The notes: generated by a model from the sequence alone, not told the origin. A stretch of DNA of 64,000 nucleotides from Minisyncoccota bacterium (GCA_040905385.1 JBBDRP010000002.1:459526-523525), one strand, 5' to 3'. Positions 19,776-29,683 are shown, numbered from the stretch's first letter. A program made the numbers and translations.

Positions 19776-20804
19776 TTATTCGCTAAAGGATCCCTGGTCA
19801 GCCTGGGTGTTATTCTTCAGCCGCTGGATAAACTCCTCGCGGGCCGCCGAGAGATTTGCATCATCACCGCCCCACACATCCAGTACCGGCTGCTGAATTG
19901 CCCGGGCAAACGAGAAGGCCAGCTCAAACGGTAGTGGCTCTAGCTTGGCGATTTCATTGAGATGCGCAGTTGCCTCGTCCGGCTCCTGACCACCAGAGAG
20001 AAATACCACACCAGCCATCTCCGGAGATACAGCCGACTTCAGAACACGAACCGTCTCCTCGGCAATCACTTTATCCTCGACCTCCTCGCCACTTTCTCTT
20101 CCGGGTAGCACCATCGAGGTCTTAATGATGGCCGTCCCACAATCAACGCGGAAGCGATCCATCTGGTAGCAGACCTCCTTCAGCACTGCTTCTGTTACTG
20201 CCGCCGAGCGAGCAAAGGAGTGATCACCGGCATAGATAACCTCCGGCTCTACAATCGGTACGTAACCGCGCTCCTGGGCAATCTTGGCGTAGCGGGCCAG
20301 AATGACCGCATTGGCGTGAATGGCTTCTGGTGTCGGGATATCCTCACCGATCGTGATCACCGCCCGCCACTTGGTAAAGCCGGCTCCGGAATCGCGGTAG
20401 CTTTCCAGCCGATCCCCTAGTCCATCCAGACCTTCTGTCACCACCTCACCATCGAAGCCCGGCAGCGGAACGGTGCCCAGATCAACCTTCACACCCGGAA
20501 TGATTCCCTTCTCATCAAGCAACTTTGGAAACAGCACGCCCTCGTCACTTTTCTGCTCTAGCGTTTCGGTGTACAGAATCACGCCGGAAAGGTACTCACC
20601 AATTCCTTCGGTGTTTAAAAACAGGTTACGATATCGCCGACGATTCTCTTCGGTATTCTCTAGACCAACGGAATCCAGACGCTTTCCGGCGGTGGAGTTG
20701 CTTTCATCTGCGGCCAGAATTCCCTTGCCCGGTGTCATCAGCTGCTCGGCAACATCGCACAGTTTGTTGTGATATTCATTCATTGTGCTTTTAGTATACA
20801 TCAC
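19776..20804 (-). CDS. fba: fructose-bisphosphate aldolase class I
   Basis: GKGILAADESNSTAGKRL...ENRRRYRNLFL is the class-I FBA signature. Confidence 0.85.
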   Translation of the reverse strand: MMYTKSTMNEYHNKLCDVAEQLMTPGKGILAADESNSTAGKRLDSVGLENTEENRRRYRNLFLNTEGIGEYLSGVILYTETLEQKSDEGVLFPKLLDEKGIIPGVKVDLGTVPLPGFDGEVVTEGLDGLGDRLESYRDSGAGFTKWRAVITIGEDIPTPEAIHANAVILARYAKIAQERGYVPIVEPEVIYAGDHSFARSAAVTEAVLKEVCYQMDRFRVDCGTAIIKTSMVLPGRESGEEVEDKVIAEETVRVLKSAVSPEMAGVVFLSGGQEPDEATAHLNEIAKLEPLPFELAFSFARAIQQPVLDVWGGDDANLSAAREEFIQRLKNNTQADQGSFSE

Positions 20805-20880
20805 ATCCAGACTTCACAGATGTGGATATTTTCTGTCTTCTATCAGATTTTCATGCTACTTACCTCGTTATCCTCGCCGT

Positions 20881-20912
20881 GCTAAATAACTCAACCGGTT
20901 GAGTTATTTAAC
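20881..20912. promoter_or_regulatory. 32-nt palindromic element, copy 1 (second copy at 42368-42399)
   Basis: gctaaataactcaaccggttgagttatttaac. 13-bp stem. Overlaps the stop codon of the HTH gene and lies about 75 nt upstream of the fba start. No T-tract. Confidence 0.4.
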
Positions 20913-21203
20913 CTCGTAGTGCACGGAGCGGCCGCTGGTACCGATTTGCTCGATTAGATCCTCGTCTTCAAGCGCATCCAGGTACCGGGTCGCCGTCGCG
21001 TGCGAGACATCCAAAAGCGCCTCGACATCATCATTAGTGATGGTGTCCCGGTCTCCTAGGTACGCAACCAGCCGCTCGAGATTATCCTCCTTCCCTGTCT
21101 GGCTGCGCTGGATCAATGATCCATCCTCACCGGCGCCACTTATCTGTAAAAATATCAGCGCACCACCAATCCCGACAATTATTCCCATGAAAAAGTAAAG
21201 CAT
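20904..21203 (-). CDS. membrane-anchored winged-helix DNA-binding protein
   Basis: N-terminal TM plus VEALLDVSHATATRYLDALEDEDLIEQ HTH. Confidence 0.6.
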   Translation of the reverse strand: MLYFFMGIIVGIGGALIFLQISGAGEDGSLIQRSQTGKEDNLERLVAYLGDRDTITNDDVEALLDVSHATATRYLDALEDEDLIEQIGTSGRSVHYEVK

Positions 21204-21243
21204 AACAGTTTTATTATATCAGTTTAAAAATATATTGATTTTT

Positions 21244-21534
21244 TCATTCTCCCACACTATTTGAAGTAGACTCTAGCTGATTAAACTGACTTTCATCTAA
21301 AAGAAAAGTCTGAGAGATAGTTTGAGAAATCCAGATTGGGACCAGAACCGAAGCTATTAACGCAAATACTGATACTATGATGGCAAATTTAGAAAGTTTC
21401 TTAGCTTCTTTAGATACCCTCCTTGTTAATTTTAACTCTTTATAATCAAGATACTTAAAATAAGCATCATAACTAACAATGTATTTATTATCACCAGCCC
21501 TATAATTATCCCTACAAGGTAATCCTACCAGCAA
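21244..21534 (-). CDS. small membrane protein (last gene of fic-mod-X-res operon)
   Basis: 96 aa, one TM. Overlaps the upstream ORF by 10 nt. Confidence 0.45.
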   Translation of the reverse strand: MLVGLPCRDNYRAGDNKYIVSYDAYFKYLDYKELKLTRRVSKEAKKLSKFAIIVSVFALIASVLVPIWISQTISQTFLLDESQFNQLESTSNSVGE

Positions 21535-21764
21535 AATGGAGTTTCGATATTACTGTTATGTTCAAGAAGCTTCGTCTGTCTTGCATTTAAGTATGCACTA
21601 TGTAAATACTTTCCGATAATCTTTTTCTTCCACTCGTTAGACTCTTCTTTTAAATTTAAGGATTTAATGATTTCCATATATGTAAATCCTTCAGGATGCC
21701 TCATTCCAAATTCTATAGCACGCAGAAAAATATTCTCCTCTATTTTTTCTTCAAGATTACTCAT
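21525..21764 (-). CDS. small hypothetical protein coupled to res
   Basis: 79 aa. Start codon 1 nt after the res stop. Confidence 0.45.
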   Translation of the reverse strand: MSNLEEKIEENIFLRAIEFGMRHPEGFTYMEIIKSLNLKEESNEWKKKIIGKYLHSAYLNARQTKLLEHNSNIETPFCW

Positions 21765-21765
21765 C

Positions 21766-24402
21766 TTAACTACTTATTACGTCATCCCATTTTTCTTCAA
21801 ACTTTTCGTTCACGTCCTCGGTATAGAATGGCATGCCGACGAGTCGATAATCTTTGTCTTCGTAAACTGTCTTCAGATCATACTCTTCTTCGATTTCTTT
21901 TAAAAATTCTTCCTTCCATTTCTCTCCTTCACGCAGGTGCTCACCTTTCGGCTCAATGAAAAGCTGATAATGCACGTCTTTCTTGCCAGAATCACGTAAA
22001 AATAGCACAAAGTCGGGCTCAAGTGGCTTACCGTCAGAAAAGCGATACAGCTGAAACAGCTTCTGATTTCTCAGCAAGTAAATCTCTTCGTACTTTTTCC
22101 GTAACTCCTGCTCAGCATCACTGATAAACTGCACCAAAGACTTCTCTTCTGATGTTCCGTAATTTTTGTCGTAGACGTACCAGTCCTTCTCATCAAGATC
22201 CATCTGATGAAGCGATTGTGACTCCCGCATTTCCACACCGCGCTGCTGATCACCAGATTCATCCAGCGATATCTTCATTTCCTTATCCTTCACAACCACC
22301 TTAATCGCCTTCGGCACAAACTTCTTTGTTCCTTTATACTCAGTAATCTCTTTCTTTACATTATCCAAAACTTGCTTCAACACCCCTTTAGCAATATCAA
22401 ACTTATCCTGCTGTGAAAGATCTCCATAGATACGCTCCTGTAACCCTTTCACAGAAACTTTAACTGAAGCCAGAAACGTATCACTAGAGATAAATTCTTC
22501 CCGGCTTACAAGCTGCGGAAAGCGCTTCTTGAGCGAATGAAAATCAAACCCCTCCAAGCTATCCATGGCCGCTCGGATAACGTGGTCACCTAGATCACTA
22601 AGCTTCATCGGTCTGCTGCTAACTTCTCGGACAACCTGATCTTCTTCAAACGCAGTCTGCTCCTGCGTATCTCCACTGTATATACGATATGAATACTCTT
22701 CAGCAGAGAAATCAAATTCATCATCGGAAAAAACATCCTCCGGCAGACGTTCACGTTTCTCATTCACCCATAAAATACCCTTCTTCCAGAACGGAGTTTT
22801 CTTTATCTCTTCTTTAACTTTTAGAAATACCTCTTTTGAATTATCTGGGATTATTCCTACATCCTTAAGTGCCTGCTTCAGCTCTGAAATATATCTCACA
22901 TTCGAAGCACTATGATAATGTAACTCCTCTAAAATCCGCAAATCATTATTAATATCTTCATCATATTTACGCCTTCCTCTTTCTTGATCTTTGTCGACTT
23001 GAAATGGGTAATAACGAGCCCCCCGACCAATCAGCTGTGCTTCCTGGACTGTAGTTTGTCCAGGAACACCCTCTCTCGCATCACGACTGTCATAAAGTCG
23101 AACAATGTCGAAAAGATTCAAAACATCCCAACCTTCATTAAGTGCCTCCACAGCAAAAACTACTCTGATTTCGTTATCTTCATCCTCAAGCGAGTTGATA
23201 ACTATCTGCTTTTCCCCTTTGTCTTTTTTTGTATCTGAATCTACAGAAATAGCTCTCTCTTCCCCAAACTCAACCTTTAATTCTTTTATCAAGTTTCCTA
23301 ATGCAACATTTTGTTCATTAAAATAAACAAAAGCTTCTTCAACAACCCCATCTGCCTTATTTCTTATTTCTTGTAAATCCTTGACAGTCAATTTATTCAA
23401 TTTTTCGTAGAATTTTTTTCTAAACTCAGATGAAACTACTTTAGTCTTAGGATCAGGAGTTGTAGGCGTATTTACATAGTTTGACTTAAACATCACTACC
23501 GGCTTAAGTGCAATTCCATGATCTTCCGCTACCTTACGTCTATACTGACTTACGACAATTGCCTGCAATGCTCGCTTAATTGCAGGTAAATCAGTTTGTA
23601 GTAACTGAATTTCTTTAGAAAATTTATCGATACGAAACTCCTTAAGAGAGTATCGAAATAATAACTTATCCTCATACTTCTCCGCTACAGATGAATGAGA
23701 TAAATTGGCGGTTGCAGTAAATTCCAACAAAATATTTTCCTTATTTAAATTAAGTATTTCAATAACAGTACCCTCCCAAGACCTCTCTTCTTTTTCTTCT
23801 TTTTTGGTCAACTTAGACTTCGTTAAAGCATCGAGATTATGTGCCTCATCTGCAATTAAAGCTGTTTTACTTCTGCTTAATTCATCAAAAGTTATTTCAT
23901 TCTCTTTAGGGAAATGACGCCTTCTATGTAAAGAAGATGTTGTAGTAAAGATAATATTGATATCATCCTTATTTACGCCTTCAAAATTATCAACTGATTG
24001 AATGTTAATATGCTTGCCATCGATCACGATTTGGTCATTAAAAAGATATTTATTTCCCGCAGAATTCAAGAAATTTTCCTTTGTCTTCTCAATAATATTC
24101 CCAAGTCGAGTAAAAAAGATAAAGTTTCGGTAGCCTCGCTTGTAGAGCTGGAGAATATTTGCCGCCATGACGAGCGTCTTTCCCGACCCTGTCGCCATCT
24201 CATACAAAAGTTGAGTCGGCTTCTGACGCAGATTTTCGTGATCCATATAGAAATCAAAGCGACCTATCGCCTCCTTCTGATACTTCCGCAGTTCAAAGTC
24301 AGACCGGAGATTATCTGCTACCACATCACCAACCCGTGATGTGAAGATATCCGGACCTTCTATATCATGATAGCTATTCAGTTTTTCATTCAATGTTGGC
24401 AT
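21766..24402 (-). CDS. res: Type III restriction enzyme Res subunit (helicase-nuclease)
   Basis: Motif I MATGSGKTLV, motif II IADEAHNL (DEAH), C-terminal PD-(D/E)xK (EPDFVLF ... FIEPKG). 878 aa. Confidence 0.8.
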   Translation of the reverse strand: MPTLNEKLNSYHDIEGPDIFTSRVGDVVADNLRSDFELRKYQKEAIGRFDFYMDHENLRQKPTQLLYEMATGSGKTLVMAANILQLYKRGYRNFIFFTRLGNIIEKTKENFLNSAGNKYLFNDQIVIDGKHINIQSVDNFEGVNKDDINIIFTTTSSLHRRRHFPKENEITFDELSRSKTALIADEAHNLDALTKSKLTKKEEKEERSWEGTVIEILNLNKENILLEFTATANLSHSSVAEKYEDKLLFRYSLKEFRIDKFSKEIQLLQTDLPAIKRALQAIVVSQYRRKVAEDHGIALKPVVMFKSNYVNTPTTPDPKTKVVSSEFRKKFYEKLNKLTVKDLQEIRNKADGVVEEAFVYFNEQNVALGNLIKELKVEFGEERAISVDSDTKKDKGEKQIVINSLEDEDNEIRVVFAVEALNEGWDVLNLFDIVRLYDSRDAREGVPGQTTVQEAQLIGRGARYYPFQVDKDQERGRRKYDEDINNDLRILEELHYHSASNVRYISELKQALKDVGIIPDNSKEVFLKVKEEIKKTPFWKKGILWVNEKRERLPEDVFSDDEFDFSAEEYSYRIYSGDTQEQTAFEEDQVVREVSSRPMKLSDLGDHVIRAAMDSLEGFDFHSLKKRFPQLVSREEFISSDTFLASVKVSVKGLQERIYGDLSQQDKFDIAKGVLKQVLDNVKKEITEYKGTKKFVPKAIKVVVKDKEMKISLDESGDQQRGVEMRESQSLHQMDLDEKDWYVYDKNYGTSEEKSLVQFISDAEQELRKKYEEIYLLRNQKLFQLYRFSDGKPLEPDFVLFLRDSGKKDVHYQLFIEPKGEHLREGEKWKEEFLKEIEEEYDLKTVYEDKDYRLVGMPFYTEDVNEKFEEKWDDVISS

Positions 24403-24412
24403 GGCTACGTAT

Positions 24413-25900
24413 TTAATTTCTTCGATAATTCACTTTAATAATAGGTTTATATCCTGCATTTTGAACCTCTTTTTTCCAATCGACTAATTTCATTAGAAAA
24501 ATAAGTGACTTAGTATCCGAAATGTTTTCTAGATCTTTCTTTTTATCTAAAACTATCCAAAGGCAAATATTCTTCACTTGCTTTTTTTGACCGTCAATTT
24601 CTATTTCATTATCATTGTGTTGTAACAACCTTAATGTATTCATCGATTGATCTACTACATAATTCATCTTTCCAGTTTGACCCACTTTGACAAAGTATAT
24701 TGTTTCACCTTTGTATAAATCCATCTTTTCAACTGAATACCTATCGCCAATTTGCTCTACAGTAGTGTGAGTGCTTAGATAATCATTATTCTCAAGCATT
24801 TCTATGAATTCATCCTCTCCTACTCCTGAAGATATATCATGTTCTGCGCCATACTCTAGGTCGATTTTATCAACTTCACTTTTTAAGGAATCTAAGTAAG
24901 ACTCATTAAATTTGTACCACCTTCCGTCAACCAAACAATTGCGTTCATCGTCAGAATAATCGAGTAATTCTTTTATGGATTTTGTAAACTGATTTCCAGT
25001 ATCTTTAAATACTTTCACTTTAATCTTTGAAAAATCACGAGGTATTTCCATATCATTAGATGACACAAAGTCCTGTAAATCTTTTATACTGATGTCACCA
25101 GCCTCTGACTCATTAACCTCCTGATAAACTTTATATAATTTATATCTATAATCTGACTGAAAAATAAAATTAACTCCCAAAACAGAGAATTCATCCATAG
25201 AAATATCTGCTTCCATGATTTTTTCCGCCAGTTTCTTATCTAGTTCTTCTATTTCACGTTCTTCCGTTATCTTTTGTGCTCTAGGAATGGAAAAAATCGG
25301 ATCCTTTTTTAGGTCCTTTCTAATATTATCTAAAACTTCAGGAAGTTCTATTAATGTAATATCGAGGCTGAATTTAGCAGAAGTTCCACAATGCACCTTA
25401 CTTCCATACTTTTCTTCATCATCTGGAATGCCTTTTAAATACCCTATAGACTCTCCACTATCAAACGTAATTATAGACTCAGAAATATAGCTGGTAATAG
25501 TCTTGCTTTTGATGCTCTTATAAAACTTTGAGTTTTTCATCTTTATCGACTCCGGATCAAGTATTCTTTCTGCAAAATTCAAACCGAAGTCCGGATCGCA
25601 AAACTGCTGTAAATAAAAATATGTTTTACCAAAAGAGACCACATAATACTCATCTTCTTTTTCAGCAACAAGAGCTCCGAATTGGGATTTATTTTTGTAA
25701 TCCCCCTGATCTTCAAGGAAATCTTCACATAAATCAAGCCACCATACCTCACTGGGATCCGGGTTCTTTGAGATGTAGAAAGTCATGGAATATCCTCCCA
25801 GATTGTTATTTTTTTGTTTTTTAAGACCTACTTTAGAAAACTTTTTAAATAAATCCTGTATATTCTCTTCTGAAATTTTGTATATATTAAATGTTGCCAT
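24413..25900 (-). CDS. uncharacterised 495-aa protein encoded between Type III mod and res
   Basis: No recognisable motif. About 30% GC. Start overlaps the mod stop by 14 nt. Ends 10 nt before the res start. Confidence 0.7.
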   Translation of the reverse strand: MATFNIYKISEENIQDLFKKFSKVGLKKQKNNNLGGYSMTFYISKNPDPSEVWWLDLCEDFLEDQGDYKNKSQFGALVAEKEDEYYVVSFGKTYFYLQQFCDPDFGLNFAERILDPESIKMKNSKFYKSIKSKTITSYISESIITFDSGESIGYLKGIPDDEEKYGSKVHCGTSAKFSLDITLIELPEVLDNIRKDLKKDPIFSIPRAQKITEEREIEELDKKLAEKIMEADISMDEFSVLGVNFIFQSDYRYKLYKVYQEVNESEAGDISIKDLQDFVSSNDMEIPRDFSKIKVKVFKDTGNQFTKSIKELLDYSDDERNCLVDGRWYKFNESYLDSLKSEVDKIDLEYGAEHDISSGVGEDEFIEMLENNDYLSTHTTVEQIGDRYSVEKMDLYKGETIYFVKVGQTGKMNYVVDQSMNTLRLLQHNDNEIEIDGQKKQVKNICLWIVLDKKKDLENISDTKSLIFLMKLVDWKKEVQNAGYKPIIKVNYRRN

Positions 25901-27845
25901 AAAATTCTTTATTTAGATCTTTGTCATCCTCACTGATTTCATATCGTTTATCAGCGATATCGCCATAGTTTACGTAGAGGTGGTTGTTATCAAGCACATC
26001 TAGGAGGAACTTTTGCATGTCTTCTTTAAGAAGATCATTGAAGCTTTCAGCTTCCTCATTGATTTTCTCCAGGTCAACCTGCCAGGAGAGAAAGCCGTTC
26101 TCCTGGATCTCCTTCCAGATCTTCTTAAGCTCAGATACCTTGGCTGACTTTATCTGCTCGCGATACTCCTGATTCGATTTTGCAAGCTCAGCGAATACAA
26201 CATCACCGCCACCCTCCCACTGAACATCAGAAGATACACCGCTCTCCTCTCCTTCAATTACATTCTTAAGACGAGATCTCATCTTTTTTATATGGCTACT
26301 TAATTGCTCCACCATAATATATTTACGAGACATTTTGTGAGCAACAGCACCAGTTGTTCCAGATCCTGCAAAAAAGTCCATTACAATGTCACCCTCATCG
26401 GTAGCCAAATCTATAATTCTTTTTAAAAGCTTTTCTGGCTTTTTCCCAAACCTTAGGTCAACTCCTCCTTCGTTTGCTAGATTATTGATACCGATATCAG
26501 TCCATATATCACCAAGTGCTTCGACTGGAGTTTTTTTACCTCTTATAGTTTGCACCTTATCTGCAGCAAATACCACATCCTCTCCCTTATAAACAAAGTA
26601 ATATGAATCATCTAAATTTGTCACTTTGGAAAACTTATCACTAGGCAAATTTGAATAATCTGCACCTCTATTACGAGCTGTTCGAAATATCTTATCGGCA
26701 TTATCTAATTTAAACTGATTCACCTGAGACTCATTATTTGAATCTATGTCTGCACGCTTTATTGCTTGATTTAATGTGATTATCTCCCATTTTTCACAGT
26801 CTTTTTCATTAAACCCTTTTTTATTAATAAAAGAAGTGTATCTATCAAGCGCATCATCCCAAGATGCAGGGCTGTATTGAGGTGTGATTTGTGGATTATC
26901 TGACTTTGAATACATTAGTATATATTCTTTTATTTTAGGAATTTTTTTATCCTTATGAGCCATTTTTACACCACTTAAATAAGACATTTGAACGCAAATA
27001 TTTGTCTGAAAAGATTTTCTCTGAAACACTTCATCACATAAATTCTTTAAATAACTTTGTTCAATGTCATCTATTTGTATAAATATAAATCCATCATCCG
27101 AAAGAAGTTTATCAGCCACATCTAATCTATTCCTCATAAATGTTAGCCAAGTAGAGTGATTAAAGCTATCATTATAAGAGAAGTTGTCTCTATCTGTGTT
27201 GTAAGGTGGATCAATATAAATAAGCTTCACCTTGCCCGCAAAACGCTCTTTGAGTGAATGTAGCGCCAGCAGGTTATTGCCCTGGAGAACAAGATTCTCC
27301 TCCAGATTACCCTTATCATCTTCCTTCAGCTCCTCAACCTCATGCTCGCCGTCTTTGTCGATTCGCTGCCAGTCTGTGAGTGCCTTTGGTTCGAAAAGGC
27401 GGCGGATCTCATCCGGAGCCAGAGTTTCGTTCCAGAAGATTTCATCACGCTTGGCGTCTTCTTTGGTCTGTCCACCTTCAAGCACGCAGTCTTTGTATGG
27501 CCAGGAGAGCACAACTTCGTTTGAGCGGGAGATAAAGTCGCCGCGATCATTTGTCAGCCCGATCTTGTTTTTGAAGCTTGTGTAGCTGTCGGGGAGAAAA
27601 TCCTTGTTGTGTACAAAAGAGGTGAAGGCATCGACATCAAAAATAGTCGTATCACCGATATCTTTAAAGAACCGCTCCTTTGTCGCCTTATTTTTCAAGA
27701 GTAGCGTAATTAGATCCTCATCAAGCTTTCGCGCCAGCTCGGCAACCTTATTCTTCAGAAGTTTGTCATCCTCAGACACCAGCCGCTCATCCTGGCGGAG
27801 GATATCCTTAATCTCATTCATTGATTGTTTCTGTGATTGCGGCAT
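25887..27845 (-). CDS. mod: Type III R-M Mod subunit (N6-adenine DNA methyltransferase, beta class)
   Basis: Motif IV LIYIDPPYNT precedes motif I VMDFFAGSGTTG. 652 aa. Confidence 0.85.
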   Translation of the reverse strand: MPQSQKQSMNEIKDILRQDERLVSEDDKLLKNKVAELARKLDEDLITLLLKNKATKERFFKDIGDTTIFDVDAFTSFVHNKDFLPDSYTSFKNKIGLTNDRGDFISRSNEVVLSWPYKDCVLEGGQTKEDAKRDEIFWNETLAPDEIRRLFEPKALTDWQRIDKDGEHEVEELKEDDKGNLEENLVLQGNNLLALHSLKERFAGKVKLIYIDPPYNTDRDNFSYNDSFNHSTWLTFMRNRLDVADKLLSDDGFIFIQIDDIEQSYLKNLCDEVFQRKSFQTNICVQMSYLSGVKMAHKDKKIPKIKEYILMYSKSDNPQITPQYSPASWDDALDRYTSFINKKGFNEKDCEKWEIITLNQAIKRADIDSNNESQVNQFKLDNADKIFRTARNRGADYSNLPSDKFSKVTNLDDSYYFVYKGEDVVFAADKVQTIRGKKTPVEALGDIWTDIGINNLANEGGVDLRFGKKPEKLLKRIIDLATDEGDIVMDFFAGSGTTGAVAHKMSRKYIMVEQLSSHIKKMRSRLKNVIEGEESGVSSDVQWEGGGDVVFAELAKSNQEYREQIKSAKVSELKKIWKEIQENGFLSWQVDLEKINEEAESFNDLLKEDMQKFLLDVLDNNHLYVNYGDIADKRYEISEDDKDLNKEFYGNI

Positions 27846-27847
27846 AT

Positions 27848-28984
27848 TTATTCGCTAAAGGCTTTAAGATAGCGCTTGTACTCGAAGCGACGATCGTAGT
27901 TTTTATCTTTGTCTTGTTGCTCTAGTATACCAATATCAACTAATACATCCACAAGCTCGTTGGCAGTTGTTCGTGATAAACCAGTCCAGCTCTCTACTTT
28001 TTTTACACTCACGATCGGCAGCTCATACAGCTTGTTTAGCACAGTTGTTGCATTATCAGCCCGGCGACCGAGCGACTCGGCTTTTTCGAGGTCTTCTTTG
28101 CGAATTTCATGAATAGTGCGCGCAGTTTTAATAGCATCTTCAGATACTTCGGCAATACCACGCAAGAAAAACCGTAACCATGACACGAAATCACCGTCAT
28201 TATGATAGCGGTTAATCAAATCAAAATACCCTTCGCGGTGTTTGCGTAGGTATGCTGATAAATACAATACCGGCTTGTCCAAAAGCTCGAGCTGACACAG
28301 ATAAAATGTAACAAGTAGCCGACCAACCCGCCCGTTGCCGTCAAGAAACGGGTGAATTGTCTCGAACTGAGCATGAGCCAGTGCGGTTTTAACAAGTGGA
28401 GAAGTAACATCATCAGCATGGAGAAATTCTTCTAGGTCACTCATGGCATCTCCAATATGGTCAGCTGGAGGCGGTACAAATTTAGCAGTATCAGGTGAGT
28501 TACCGCCGATCCAGTTCTGACTGGTGCGAAATCTTCCTGGTGTTTTTCCTTTTCCGTCCTCTGTCCCCTCCATCAAAGTTTTGTGGATTTCTTTTATCAA
28601 ACGACTTGATAGCGGCAGATCAGACAATTTACCCAACCCCTCATTCATTGCCTGAATGTACTTACTAATGTTCTCGACATCTTTAGGAATATCTCCCTCA
28701 ACATCAGCATCGACTTTAATAGAGTCGGCCATAGTTGCCATGGTGCCTTCAATCTCAGCAGAATAAGCTGCCTCTTTTCGTACGTACATAAAAATGAAAA
28801 AATCAAGATCTGGAAGAACCTGTGTAATGCCGTCTAACTTACCAAGCGAAAAAAATGCGCGGTCATGCAAAGACTGTAAATCTTCATCAAGAGTAGGAAG
28901 ATTCTTGGGTGGAAACTTTTTAGGTACAAACGCCGTGTACCCTTGGGGTTGTTTGATAAATGTGCCGATATCCATAACATTCAA
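27848..28984 (-). CDS. fic: Fic/DOC family protein (class II, N-terminal inhibitory motif)
   Basis: HPFLDGNGRVGRLL Fic motif. SAEIEG inhibitory helix motif near the N-terminus. C-terminal winged helix. Confidence 0.85.
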   Translation of the reverse strand: MNVMDIGTFIKQPQGYTAFVPKKFPPKNLPTLDEDLQSLHDRAFFSLGKLDGITQVLPDLDFFIFMYVRKEAAYSAEIEGTMATMADSIKVDADVEGDIPKDVENISKYIQAMNEGLGKLSDLPLSSRLIKEIHKTLMEGTEDGKGKTPGRFRTSQNWIGGNSPDTAKFVPPPADHIGDAMSDLEEFLHADDVTSPLVKTALAHAQFETIHPFLDGNGRVGRLLVTFYLCQLELLDKPVLYLSAYLRKHREGYFDLINRYHNDGDFVSWLRFFLRGIAEVSEDAIKTARTIHEIRKEDLEKAESLGRRADNATTVLNKLYELPIVSVKKVESWTGLSRTTANELVDVLVDIGILEQQDKDKNYDRRFEYKRYLKAFSE

Positions 28985-29047
28985 TGTTTACTTGTTAGGA
29001 TTATAGCACTAAAACCTAACAAGTGCAAAGGGGTTGTTAGGTTTTAA

Positions 29048-29683
29048 TCACGTTACACTCTCCCACTCTGATTCAGATACAATAACGTGATCAACTAACG
29101 AAATACCTAAAATTTCCCCGGCTTTTTTGAGCTTTTTAGTTATTTCCTTGTCTTCCTGTGATGGCGTAGTGTCTCCCGACGGATGATTATGCGCCAGGAT
29201 TATACTGGACGCCCGATCGGTCACCGCATCAGCAAAGACTTCTCGTGGGTGCACCAAGCTTGCATCAAGTGTACCAACAGAGATCGTGCGCTGACTGATA
29301 ACGCGCCCGGCGCCATCAAGGCTGATGGCTTGTAAGTATTCTCGCTTTTTATTGCGGATATCTGAAAGCAATGGTAAGACATCTTTTGCTTTCTGAATGC
29401 GGGTCACGTCCTCGCGCACAAAGCGATTCGCGATTTCTAGCGATGCCAAGATGCGCGATGCACTGGCTGAACCAACGCCTTTTATCTCCAAAAGCGCATC
29501 TAATGTAATAGCATCTGTGCCACTTTCTAGTTTTTCTAAAATGGCTTCGGCGATATCTGCCACCAGCGAGCCAGGAACACCGCTACCAACGACAATTTGC
29601 AAAAGCTCTGCATCCGACAGTGCTTTTACACCCTTTGCTTCAAGCTTTTCACGAGGGCGATCAACTTTTGGAACATCCTTCAT
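29048..29683 (-). CDS. radC: RadC-like JAB domain protein
   Basis: ILAHNHPSGDTTPSQEDKEIT JAMM motif. N-terminal HhH. Confidence 0.8.
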   Translation of the reverse strand: MKDVPKVDRPREKLEAKGVKALSDAELLQIVVGSGVPGSLVADIAEAILEKLESGTDAITLDALLEIKGVGSASASRILASLEIANRFVREDVTRIQKAKDVLPLLSDIRNKKREYLQAISLDGAGRVISQRTISVGTLDASLVHPREVFADAVTDRASSIILAHNHPSGDTTPSQEDKEITKKLKKAGEILGISLVDHVIVSESEWESVT

